Made by a program: the position numbers and the translations under genes. DNA of 59,069 bases, counting the filler, from Dugesia japonica (lineage: Eukaryota): assembly GCA_001938525.1 (NCBI GenBank). It is 5 parts of 5 records of this genome, joined end to end, with 100 filler letters (N's around TTAATTAATTAA, not from the genome) between each part and the next. Parts side by side here need not be neighbours in the genome. Positions count along the whole stretch, not along the records: positions 1 to 16,522 come from MQRL01607237.1; positions 16,623 to 27,572 come from MQRL01589633.1; 3 more parts are not named here. One strand, written 5' to 3'. Below the pieces are notes generated by a model. That model made no database searches. It saw nothing but the letters and a program-made list of their open reading frames with translations, and had not been told where the DNA came from. This document shows positions 11,366 through 22,838 of this stretch, piece after piece. Every line of letters begins with the position of its first letter. Positions within the stretch are counted from its first letter, which is position 1.

Positions 11366-11724
11366 TTAGGAATGGTTGGCCTGAGTGCCCTTATCTATGA
11401 AGAGAAGGGCCAAAGGTGTCGCTGCTCTCAACTTCAATATATTTTCCATCAAACTATTCTCCCGCTCCTCATAAGAATGGACCATCTTGGTAAACGTCTC
11501 AACCTGGGACTTCCACACCCTCTCTTGCTTCTGGGTGGCGTCCGCTTCGGCTTTAAATGTTAAACATTTCCGCTTGTAGCGTTTTACTTTAGCGTCGGGC
11601 GCGGCGATCTCTGCTTCCCATCGCCTTTTGGCTAATCTATAGAGATCCCATGTGAGATCGAGATCTTCACTTGTCTCACGTAACTTTTTTGTCGGTGCCT
11701 GGGATCTATTCAACTACGAATGCA
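11366..11724 (-). pseudogene. ORF A copy 2 (TAG at codon 4)
   Basis: tttcag|TG CAT TCG TAG TTG AAT AGA..., then TKKLRETSEDLDLTWDLYRLAKRRWE. AATAAA at 11332-11337. Confidence 0.75.
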
Positions 11725-13154
11725 CTGAAAGATAAACCCTAGTGGTAATAACAACCATTATTTATTAATAAAAATATTATTCATAATCATAGGACTTATA
11801 ATGAAAAAAAAAATAATAATAATGATAATTGGTGATAATAATAATACTAAAATGTTTGAATACAGTGCCCGTAATGGCAAAATTATTATCCATGCTTATA
11901 ATGATCATTTGGTGGTAAGACTACCGCTAGTTTCAACCACACGGATATCACTAATGATGAGAATAGCCTTGATCAGATTTTGAATCTCAAAAGTCAAATA
12001 TAATGATGAAATATAGACTAGTGGGGATCCCTATTTATTAATACCAAACGGTGTACATAATCATTAGTGTATGAACGTAGAAACTCTTTTTAATTCCGAA
12101 TGATATTTTTAACAATAATCTACCCGAAGGTCATGTTTTAAATAGTCGTGCTGAGAGGTTGCTTAGTAACACCAGTTACTACCAGTGGTCACATTGCACA
12201 CTAGTTTTAACCAGTTGTAGGTGTGTCTAATCGTTATGTCAATACGAGGGTTAAATATGCAACATGACTCATTTACTGGTGCCTAATTCTATCAGTGAAT
12301 ATTATAGCGACAATTCTGCATTTCTAAACATTACAGATGTACTCCCTGATCAAAAAAGAAATCCCATCATCTATTCATCTTGCTATTGCATGGAGTTAAT
12401 GGAATTATCATTATTGGATTTTATCTATTTCGCTGGAAATTCCCTCACCGATTTAAGTTAATATAGTAATTATATGATTGTTTGTTTTTTATAAAATAAA
12501 TAGTTGTTATCACTGTATTTTATCTTTACTATAATATATTGTAAGGTATTGGTTTTCGTGCTCGAGAGTCACCCACAATAAAAAATGAAATGATGCAAAT
12601 TTACCACGGATTTCCCCCTCTAATAACGGACTGTATTTGGTTATGTAATTCGAATCTCGTTAGGTCACACAAACGTGTGTGATGCAATTCATCAACTGTA
12701 ATAAGTGTGTAGTGGACTATTTAATATTTATCAAATAAAATTCATAGTAAGAGGTAGATATATTTAGTTTCAATTTATTACAACCATTATAATACGTTAT
12801 ACATAAAAAAATTATTTCTCAACATAAGGAATAAAATTTTACTTTTTGAATTGAATTACAGAGTTTCTGCAACAGGGTCGTAGTTAGTATGACTGATTAG
12901 AGCGGTTCCTTTCGATAATTATTTTTTTCTTCCTTGTCTGGAAATCGTTGTCTATCTTTCTGATCCTTGATTTATAGTTAGACGTGATTCAATTAAATAG
13001 TATTTACTGTAAGGTTTTCTCGTAAAATTGGATAATTCTTGTTTTTAGTTGTTTGTTGAATTTCTTGAAGCACACAGTTTTTAGTTAATACTTGCGTCTT
13101 ATTGACTTGAATTAGATTGAATTAATGTCTGATCTTTTGCTAAACCGGGGGTCC

Positions 13155-13346
13155 TTTTATAGGATTTTCTGATACACCCCGGCACCTTTCTCATTGGTAG
13201 GTATTTTTGTTTTAGAATTTTATTGGTGTTAGTGCTGATATTCCAGAATTTTCTTAGATTTTTGGAGTCCTGATTGGCAGGTATTTTTAGAGGGCTATGT
13301 GATGGTTCCTTCTTTGTTTTATTTTTATTTTTAGGTATCTGATTGG
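13155..13346 (-). promoter_or_regulatory. CCAAT x4 + TATAAAA promoter, copy 2
   Basis: Minus-strand CCAAT at 13342, 13273, 13222 and 13193; TATAAAA at 13155-13161. Confidence 0.6.
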
Positions 13347-14541
13347 TTCGATCTTGGAAACCCTACAGTACCTTTCCGAATGATGGTAANNNNNNNNNNN
13401 NNNNNNNNNNNNNNNNNNNNNNNNNNNNNNNNNNNNNNNNNNNNNNNNNNNNNNNNNNNNNNNNNNNNNNNNNNNNNNNNNNNNNNNNNNNNNNNNNNNN
13501 NNNNNNNNNNNNNNNNNNNNNNNNNNNNNNNNNNNNNNNNNNNNNNNNNNNNNNNNNNNNNNNNNNNNNNNNNNNNNNNNNNNNNNNNNNNNNNNNNNNN
13601 NNNNNNNNNNNNNNNNNNNNNNNNNNNNNNNNNNNNNNNNNNNNNNNNNNNNNNNNNNNNNNNNNNNNNNNNNNNNNNNNNNNNNNNNNNNNNNNNNNNN
13701 NNNNNNNNNNNNNNNNNNNNNNNNNNGCTTTCCTGGACATTTATGTAGTTCACTACCTTTCTTTATCTTGTATTTGATGACCACCGTGGTTTTAGTCTTC
13801 TTCATCTGGGTGTTTCACCCCAACAATTTTCAAATTTTTAAAAAAATTTTATGGAATCCGGATGAGCAGTTTATGTTGTTTAAATAATGTGGAAATTTTT
13901 AAATTTTTTAAATGAAGTTTTTATGGGAATCCGGAATCTCCGAAATTTCGAAAGTTTTTGTTAAGATTTTTTCACCAATCGATGCAGAATTCGATAGAGA
14001 TTATTTTTCACAAATAAAGACTTTTCGAAAAAATTATTTATCATCTTTTCATGACATGATCATGTGAATTAAATAGAGAAATTTTCGCTGATTCTAAATA
14101 TATATACCTAAAATCGCCAAAGTTTAACTTTATAAAATATTTTAATTTTTAATTAGAGTGTTAACTTGGATTAAAAATTTTTCATTATAATTTCTTAATG
14201 TGTTGAAAATTTATAATAGTATTGATGAAATTTGAAATAATATTTGAATAATATTGATAGAATTAAATTAAGTATGATGGATTTTTAATATTTTTCAAAT
14301 AATTATCACCTGAGTTGGGTGCGGAGAAAAATGGCTGGGGGAAAAAGACAGCTCTCAGTGGACTCGTTCAAGAATTTAGCTAATGCCCCTTGCTTGGTCT
14401 TAAATTTGAACCAGTTGACTCCCAACGCTTATTTAGAGTACTCGCTTACATCTTTTTATCCGGGTTCAAGATTTCCCCTAATTTTAATTTATAAAAAAAC
14501 TGTAACAACAAAATTACAAGAAGAGTTTATTTGTCACCAAT

Positions 14542-14875
14542 TTACAAGTAATTTAGAGCACTCGGGTCTAACCACTGGGTAGGCTCACTATTTGTGAAAC
14601 CGAAGGTGGCCTCATTATTGTCGAGATTCCAGCGAACCCAGGTTTTCTGTTCCAGCCAGTTTGATAGGTTGGCGATGTACTGCTGCAAGAATTCAATTGT
14701 ATGGATGAGAATTTGTTTTTTGACGATAAGATCTAATTTTTTTATTAAACGATTCCTCTGAGTAAGATGGCGCAAAAGAGCTTTTTCATTCTGACATTTA
14801 ATATGCCGTTCTAGTAAAAGTTTTGTATGGGGCGATGGCACAGATGAAGACTGTTGGACAACCTTATTCGTGGCA
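14542..14875 (-). pseudogene. ORF B copy 3
   Basis: tttatag|TG CCA CGA ATA AGG = (M)PRIRLSNSLHLCHR, then a 1-nt frameshift, KLLLERHIKCQNEKALLRHLTQRN...EPTQWLDPSALNYL*. AATAAA at 14526-14531. Confidence 0.75.
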
Positions 14876-14970
14876 CTATAAAATAAATAGATCATAATCA
14901 CTTTTAAAACAAAATATTTAGAATCAAACACAAAGAAAATACAACAGAAAAACATTTATTTATAACTGTT

Positions 14971-15339
14971 TTAACTAAGAACCCGGCTTCTATGAACTAC
15001 GAGTTCGTGTAGCCTTATCAATCATTAACGGCTCCAGTCGAATACTTTTCCTTAACTCAAGCATGTCGGTTACCAGTTTATTCTCCAGGTCATGGAGGGA
15101 CTAGATGATATCAGCAAAAGATTGTTTCCAGGCACATTCCTGAGCAACGGAGGCCTCTGCTTCTTCTTGATAACTGCGACATTCATTCTGATACCACTTT
15201 ACCTTGGGATTTGCTGCAGCTATTTCGGTTTCCCATTTTCGCTTCGCTAATTTATATAGATCCCAGGAAATTTCTATGTTCTCACTGTCTTCTCGAATCT
15301 TTTTCGTGGACGTCACCGCTCGATTCAGGGGTGAATGCA
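14971..15339 (-). pseudogene. ORF A copy 3
   Basis: attcag|TG CAT TCA CCC = (M)HSPLNRAVTSTKKIREDSENIEISWDLYKLAKRKWE. Premature stop at 15101; AATAAA at 14955-14960. Confidence 0.75.
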
Positions 15340-15807
15340 CTGAATAATTTGATGTTATATTAAATCAATGGCTAATGCGACGAGACAGAAAAGGAAACAC
15401 TGTTTTTTCTCAAAGATACTACGTTATTTAAATATTTAAAAAGTTATAAGAATATCACAGCAAAATCATTACTATCAATATTACTTATGCATGTGGTTAC
15501 AAATAAAATAAAATGCTTAAAACAGGTAGAATAAATTTCTTTAAAGGGTATAAGCTAAGGCGTTTATAAAAAAGTAAAACAAAAGGTAAACACAGAATCC
15601 ATACTCGGTATTGGTTGTGGGTGCTGCATTCTTAGCATCTTCATTGGAAGTCGGGTTCCTGATGCTCCATAGTAAGTTTGTGATAAACGCACATACCGTC
15701 GGGGCTGGGGCAGGTGTTCTTTAGGTAAACTGGATTACGAGACTCTGGGGACCATTACAATTTTGGTAGTGCTGGTAGTGCCATAATTATAGTGATAACA
15801 ACAGTAT

Positions 15808-16522
15808 TGTTGGGATCCTACCTGAGTTGTGGTAAAAAAATTATGGCTGGGGGAAAAAATCAGCCCTCAAGGGATCCCTTACAAGAATTTACCTTATGTC
15901 TTTTATAAGGTCTTCGATGTGAAGTAGTTGACTTCCAGCACTTATTTGGAGTACGTACTTACACATCTTTTTTATTTGGGTTCAACATTTCCGAGTTACT
16001 TGAATATAAATATAAAAGCAAGCTCAACAACAAAATTTCGAGAATCATTTATTTAAGTTTAATCACATAGCTAATGCTCCAGGGTCCAACCCCTGGGTGG
16101 GCTCGTCATTCTCAAAATTGAAGGTGGCCTCATCGTCATCGCTATTCCACTTAGTCCATAAACTTAATTCTAGACGGGTGGACAAATCAGCGATGTATCG
16201 ATTCAGAAAATTAATCTTATTTTTCAACATTTGTTGGGTATATTTGGCTAGTTCTCCTTGTTTTTTATGATGATATCCAGCTTCTTAATTAGGCGGTTGC
16301 GTTGGATAAAGTGCCGTAAAAGAGCACGTTCATTTTGTCGCTTTATGTGCCTCTCTAAAAGGAGTTTTTGGATAAGTCGGTGACACCGACGGAGGCTAGT
16401 TGTAGTTGAATTCTAGGTACTACAATTAAAAATATGAGGAATCTTGACAACCAGATGAAACAAATAAGATATCAAATTGATACTAATAAGATGTATTTAA
16501 AATTAAACAATTGAAATTCTAA
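15808..16522 (-). mobile_element. TGTTGGG-element copy 4 (structured end + ORF B, cut by gap)
   Basis: TGTTGGGATCCT at 15808; structured element to 15985. ORF B remnant ~16063-16419 (SLRRCHRLIQKLLLERHIKRQNERALLRHF...WNSDDDEATFNFENDEPTQGLDPGALAM*). Acceptor is ttgtag|TA. Confidence 0.8.
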
Positions 16523-16566
16523 NNNNNNNNNNNNNNNNNNNNNNNNNNNNNNNNNNNNNNNNNNNN

Positions 16567-16578
16567 TTAATTAATTAA
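16567..16578. other. Assembly linker TTAATTAATTAA (also 27617-27628, 39914-39925, 48425-48436)
   Basis: Identical 12-mer with stops in all six frames, embedded in N runs four times. Confidence 0.9.
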
Positions 16579-16622
16579 NNNNNNNNNNNNNNNNNNNNNN
16601 NNNNNNNNNNNNNNNNNNNNNN

Positions 16623-17000
16623 AAATGCGACATTAAAAGACATATAGAGTAAAGATTGGACTGAATTACTGCCAGAAATAGAATTTGGATTAAATTCAAC
16701 GTGGCAAAAGTCTAAAAATACCAGTCTAGCGGAATTTATCTTTGGAAAGAAATAGCAAGTGAATACTGGAACCAACAGGTAACAGAGAAGACGGCACCAA
16801 TGACGACAACCAAAAAGACATTTGAAGATATAGAGGAAGTGCTAGTAATAAATGAAAACAGGAACAAAGATCAGGAACGTTTAGAGAAGCCTTACCAGAA
16901 AGTAAAAAAAGTCCACGACCAAAGATACTTATTGCAGAGAGATGACGGGAGAGGAATAAAGATAAATGTGGAAAAGTTAAAGAATTTTTTTGGGGGGGAT
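16623..17000 (+). mobile_element. Gypsy integrase C-terminal remnant with G-rich PPT
   Basis: DWTELLPEIEFGLNSTWQKS...SLAEFIFGK, and ...KINVEKLKNF followed by GGGGGGGA at 16992-16999. Same family as 6608-7400. Confidence 0.8.
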
Positions 17001-17229
17001 ATGAGATGTTATTTAAAATTGAAAATCGAAATTAATGTTTAATATGTTTGTTTTAATATTCTGATTTTCAGTTTAGTAAAATATTTTTAATTAATAAATT
17101 GTTGATGAATTTGAATTTTTAATAAGGTTAACAATTATTATTAACATAAGTAAAAGAAATGCGTATACAGTGAGGTTTGCATATTACAATTCATCTAATC
17201 GCAATATTCATTTTATAGCAAATTTTTAC

Positions 17230-18418
17230 GATGCACCAACAATTAAAAATTTTTAAAGAAAAAATTGGTTTCTTATTAAATTTATGTATTACGAAGACCT
17301 TTTCCAACATTTTCGATTTGCTAATAGAAACCATTCACTGTACGGGTTTAGAAAATTTCGATTTATTTATATTTCGAGAAATATATAAGCGTTGGATAAA
17401 TTTACAAATTAGGAAAAATTTATTCTAAAGTATATAATATGTTTTAGCATTTCATTCAAGTGATATTCGCATTTATTAAGAAAACAATTTCTAAAACATT
17501 TGTCTTATTTTACGGAGAACTCTAGGTATACCGGAAATAAAGTTTTGGAAGCTTTTATTTGAAATCAACGAACTCTCTTCAATGTCTGATAAAGATTTAC
17601 ATTTTTATTGCATAGGCAAAACTGACTCAAGGAGATCAAAGCGATATTTCTGGAGATGAATTATATTTTGAACTTAGATCTTTCTCCTGTCGTTTAACCA
17701 AACATTCTGGACCCGTAAAATTGTTACAATTTTTATAAGAACAATCTAAATAAAATTTATGTTAACGTTTCAGTTTCTTTCAGAATTATTTTACCATTTT
17801 AACAGATACAAGTGCAGAAAGAAGCTTGTCAAAGCTAAGGATTATTAATTAAGATTATTAAGGATAATTATCATTTTATTATTTAAGGTCAACTAATTTT
17901 TAAAATACCCGGGAGCGACTTGTATTTTTCCAAAAACTTTTGAAGTCTAGGAGGTTCGATGGATAGTGGGGGTCAACCTCTGCACACATGCAGATTATTA
18001 AGGATTATTATTCGAGATCTACCACAACTCAAGACAGGTTGAACAATTTTGCAATATTTTCAATAGAAAGTAGCGTGGTCAACGATGTTAATGTTGAACA
18101 GATGCGATTAAAGTTTTCTTAAATGAAAGCGAGAAATTTTTTTTTATCAAGTTAAATGCTAGGTATATGTGATAATAAAATGTACACACACACACAGACA
18201 TATATATAGTTTATGCATTGGTTGAAATTAAATAAAAATTTTTGTGATTGGTAACTTTAAATGGTGTTTTGTGATTTTTTCTATAATTTTGTTTTTGATT
18301 TTAAGTTTGAAAATGAATAAATCTTTTTGAATAGATTTTTTTTGATGTTTTACATAATATTTGGAGGTGGCAGCAAAATAATTTTCACACATTAAATAAA
18401 TTTCTAGTGCTGGCTCTG
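17230..18418 (+). mobile_element. Decayed hAT transposase 3' part (dimerisation domain)
   Basis: TSAERSLSKLRI (17807-17845) and RSTTTQDRLNNFAIFSIES (~18013-18070). TIR-like GCTGGCTCTG ending at ~18418. Confidence 0.7.
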
Positions 18419-19265
18419 AATGTAATAATTTATTTAAATTGATATATTTTTAATTATTTAATCATTTTATTTATTTCCTTAAAACCTTTAAAACTCTAAT
18501 CATCTATTTTCATTATTTTAAAATTTATTTTGAAAACTTTTTTAATTGGAACACATTTTTCAAATCAATTTAAAAATATAATAATTTATTTTAAATATCA
18601 GAATTATATAAATTGAAACTTTTTAATCATTTAATCGTTTATTTATTTCTTTATTAACTAAATAGATTTCAAAATTTCAATTAAATATTCATTATTTATA
18701 TTTTTTAACAACTTAAATTTAATTATTTTTGATTTAATTTACATTGGGAAAAATATTTTAAGAGAAACTTTCAACCGAGACAAAAATTTCAATCCGGTTT
18801 TTAAAGTTTATTTGCAATTTTAATTTAATTTAATTGTTTTAAAAATTTATTTATGAGTACTTTGTTTAATTGACCACCTTAATATAGGTTGCTATACTTA
18901 ATTTCTATTAAGGATTTGCGGTGAACGCTAATGANNNNNNNNNNNNNNNNNNNNNNNNNNNNNNNNNNNNNNNNNNNNNNNNNNATTTCTTTATTAACTA
19001 AATAGATTTCAAAATTTCAATTAAATATTCATTATTTATATTTTTTAACAACTTAAATGTAATTATTTTTGATTTAATTTACATTTGGAAAAATATTTCA
19101 AGAGAAACTTTCAACCGAGACAAAAATTTCAATCCGGTTTTTAAAATGACTTCATAAAGTTTATTTGCAATTTTAATTTAATTTAATTTTTTTAAAAATT
19201 TATTTATGGGTATTTTGTTTAATTGACCACCTTAATATAGGTTGCTATACTTAATTTCTATTAAG

Positions 19266-19342
19266 GATTTGCGGTGAACGCTAATGAAGATCTAATGGAA
19301 AACAAAAGTCTAGTAGAAAACATAATTGAAGAAACTATCGAA
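19266..19342 (+). CDS. ABCA-subfamily transporter exon (pre-NBD linker)
   Basis: taag|GA TTT GCG... = FAVNANEDLMENKSLVENIIEETIE|gt. A 51-nt intron joins it in frame to the next exon. Confidence 0.7.
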
Positions 19343-19393
19343 GTTGTTATTTAGAAATACGTAATTCTAATAATATAAGTAATTTAATTTAAG

Positions 19394-19609
19394 AAACAAA
19401 ATATAACAGCAGTTCTCGGTGACTTAACAAAGATTTATCATACTGTCAAAACATTATGTCCTCGAGAAATGCAAGCAACTATTGCTTTGAGTAATGTTAA
19501 TCTTCTAGTGAATAAAGGAGAAGTATTTGGATTACTCGGGCCCAGCGGATCTGGTAAGACTACGGCAATGAATTGCGTTGCCAATCTATTAAAACCGTCT
19601 TATGGAAAG
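19394..19609 (+). CDS. ABCA-subfamily transporter exon, NBD with Walker A
   Basis: KQNITAVLGDLTKIYHTVKTLCPREMQATIALSNVNLLVNKGEVFGLLGPSGSGKTTAMNCVANLLKPSYGK. ag/gt boundaries, 216 nt, open. Confidence 0.9.
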
Positions 19610-20041
19610 GTTAAATTTTATCCTGAATTTCATATAATACAATAAATATAATATAATACAGTATTATTATTGTAAGAGCGATTCATAGATTTTAAATATC
19701 TGGGAAATTTTTTAATTTGGATTATATTATATTATATTATATTATATTATATTATATTATATTAAAATTTATTTTTTGAAATAGTTAAATATGATTTCAA
19801 ATATTATAATAAAAGAAAAGTACATTATAGATTTGAAATAAGAAAACATTTTTAAAATATTTTATTTTATTGGATTGAAAATGAAAATTAAATTTCTTAG
19901 ATAATTTGTTTAAATATTATGGATTATTTTTCATTTTTAAAACTTTAATCAAATTCTTGTGATAATAAATAAAACTTATTGAAAATTGTGAAGTTTTCAA
20001 TTTAACTAATTATTATAATGCAATATAATTATAACAAATAC

Positions 20042-20510
20042 TGTTGCATCTTTGAATGAATCCAGTAGAAATTGTCAATTATTTGTATACATTTGTCTTA
20101 TTAGAAAATAAACAACAGTTTGATCTCTTGGATTTTTAAATATGACCAAATATGAGACATTTAAATTACGAGTTCTATGATCACCACCTTAGTGGAATAT
20201 ATTTTGTGTTATAAATATAACAGTAACACCACAATGTCTTGATATTTTTGTGAATAAATTATTAAAGTCCTTTTCCTTATTGGCTTCTTGATATAAATCA
20301 TCAACAACAATCCCATCACTTGCTTTCAATCCTTTTTCTCCAATTGTCATCAAATCCATTAATAATTTTCATTTTTATATCACAAAACGCTGATTCAGCC
20401 AAACCTCATCTGAACCTCATGACAATATATTTTAGTGCATTTAGATGTGAATAAGTTTCATATCAATAATTTACACACGAACAAGGTTTTTCCACCACAA
20501 CATCATGTCT
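20042..20510 (-). mobile_element. Polinton/Maverick A32-like packaging ATPase remnant
   Basis: GK-TLFVCKLL Walker A relic; GIVVDDLYQEA Walker B; TKISRHCGVTVIFITQNIF...YLVIFKNPRDQ. Contains stops. Confidence 0.85.
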
Positions 20511-22152
20511 TAATTTATGCTTGTTTAAACGAATCAATTTAATTAATATTGTTTATACAGGTATAAATACCTATTTGAAAATGAATTATTCCTAAATAAT
20601 GATTGCGAATATTAATTACAGAGGAAAAGTTGATCGAGAATTGACTAGAAAAATGAAATTTTCCAAGTGGAAAACCAGCTCAAGTTGTGGAGAAAACCAT
20701 TAAGTATATCCTTGGTTTCTTTCAATCAGGAAGTTGTAAAATCATGCAGTTCCTTTGAAACCGCCATTGTTATAGGTTCATTGTAAAACTTCAACAATGG
20801 TTTTGCAATAAATAAACATTGCATGCGACAATAATAAAATTTGCATCGAATTTTATATTTTCTATTCATATAGTTTTAGTAATTCATAACTAAAATTCGC
20901 TATAAAAAATGTTTTAAGAAAATATTTAGATCTTTATTTTCTATTTCTGTTTGGTGAGTTACTCGTTCTAAGGGTGGCCCGTTAATTATTTCTATTTTTT
21001 TGTTATAACAAATGTTCATTAAGTTTACTGTTTAATGAGTTCATAAAAAATGAGCCATTCAAAAAGTGTAAATTGTCTAAATCCATCAAAGGATCATTAA
21101 AGTTTTTCTTTAAATCATGGGTCATAAATGTGCTTAAATTTGGTCCACAATGGAGAATTCCAGCCAATTAAAATGGATTAAAAAGATTAATTTATTCGAA
21201 ATTAAATCAACATTTTCATTATAATATAATATGTTTAATTAGTAGTACTATTTATAATAGTGTTGTATATAGTGGTACAAAGTGTTACAGCATTAGTGCG
21301 GCCCGAGAAATCATTTGAATTGTTTTTAGCAGCAGAAACCTTTCGTTCTGAAATATTTCAAATTTTAACTGCAAAATCACCAAAACGCAACCAATAAATT
21401 AGCATATCTTTATTTTATATTTGATGACTTGCATTTTACATATTCGAACTCAAATGTGTTCCTTGAATTAAATAATTGTGATTAGATTATGAACAAATTT
21501 AGTCTTAATTATTTATTAAAAATTAGGATTTAAAATTGCATTTTTTAAAACAAATTAAATAATTCATTAAAATGAAAGCNNNNNNNNNNNNNNNNNNNNN
21601 NNNNNNNNNNNNNNNNNNNNNNNNNNNNNNNNNNNNNNNNNNNNNNNNNNNNNNNNNNCGTACAAAGTCAAAATATAGAATTATTATTGTGAGATGATTA
21701 CTCAATCATCTTTCCGTGCTAGTATAAATAAATTACGTTTGATTGTATGTGTGTATATCAGGTATGTTGACTTATTTGTTTTAGTTATTATTTCATAGAT
21801 TTTCTCAAGACTGCTGGATTCTAAAACAATATATATAAAAGCCGATGATGTCATTTTAGTGAGAAAATATATTTTGGAAACTTTATTTGAACTTCGTGTT
21901 AACAAAAACGAAAAAAAAATTTCGATCGAAGCTTTTATTTTAAATCATTTCTGAAAAACGATCAATGGTTACGTCCAAACAAATATTCTCACAATAATTG
22001 CAATTGTAAAAAATTAAATAACCTTAACAATTTCAGACTCAGCTTTTTCTTTGAAATTATTTTTATTAAAAACTAATTATTTTAAAAATTATTTTTTTAT
22101 AATTAAACTTTTAATAAGTCTTAATGTTTTGTCTAAGCAAAATTGTCTATGT

Positions 22153-22838
22153 CAGAGGTCGGCAACTGGCGACTCCGGAGCCATTGGCGGCTCTTTGATT
22201 CCATATGTAATTTTTTCCTAATTGATGTCATCGCGAGCCCAATTACTTTTCCGTCGTTGTTCTACGAGCTTATTGCACAATTAAATTAAGTATTCATTTA
22301 ATATAAAAGCTTGATCAAAATTTTGATTTTTTTATTGATATCGAATTGTTATCCAATATCAATAAAAAAAATCAAAATTTTGATCAAAGCTTTTATATTA
22401 NNNNNNNNNNNNNNNNNNNNNNNNNNNNNNNNNNNNNNNNNNNNNNNNNNTAAATGAATTCTATAAAACGATCAATGGTTATGTCCAACAATTATTCTCT
22501 CAATAATTGCAATTGTAAAATAAATTAAGTATGATGTAATAATTAGTACTCTTCTTAATTTCGAAATCAGTTAATTACTGACATCCCGGGTGAAAGCTGT
22601 CAACTTGCCATGTTAATTCTACGATTGATCGAGCACCTTCACCAAGTAAGTACTTGTATATTTGTATGAACAATTATGAATGCAAGAGAAATACAAGTGC
22701 AACTATGTATTGATAAAATGATTAATTTAAAAATATTATTGTATAATTAAACTTACTCTAAGTTTGTGGCTCTTGAAAACGGAAAAATTGATATTTTATT
22801 CATATTCAGCTCTTTTGGAAAAAGCTTGCCGACTTCTG
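22153..22838. mobile_element. Non-autonomous hAT (SPIN/Charlie-like MITE)
   Basis: TIR CAGAGGTCGGCAA / TTGCCGACTTCTG; 8-bp TSD GTCTATGT / GTCTATGC. Confidence 0.85.

Larger units (their letters stand above)
10568..13825 (-). mobile_element. TGTTGGGG-element copy 2, complete ~3.26 kb unit (probable giant solo LTR)
   Basis: 9-bp terminal inverted repeat TGTTGGGGT (10568) / ACCCCAACA (13817-13825). Flanked by ATTT (10564-10567) and ATTT (13826-13829). No transposase or RT inside the visible sequence. Confidence 0.8.
14307..15807 (-). mobile_element. TGTTGGGG-element copy 3 (terminal ~12 nt lost; interrupted by copy 4)
   Basis: CACCTGAGTTG...CAAGAATTTA...GGGTTCAA at 14307-14469, followed by ORF B and ORF A homologues. 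Confidence 0.75.

Noticed and set aside
16567-16578. Recurrent TTAATTAATTAA palindrome
   Set aside because: Always isolated inside N runs; an artificial six-frame-stop linker, not biology.
18645-19286. Duplicated start of the ABCA exon (GGATTTGCGGTGAACGCTAATGA twice)
   Set aside because: Flanks a gap; overlap artefact rather than exon duplication.
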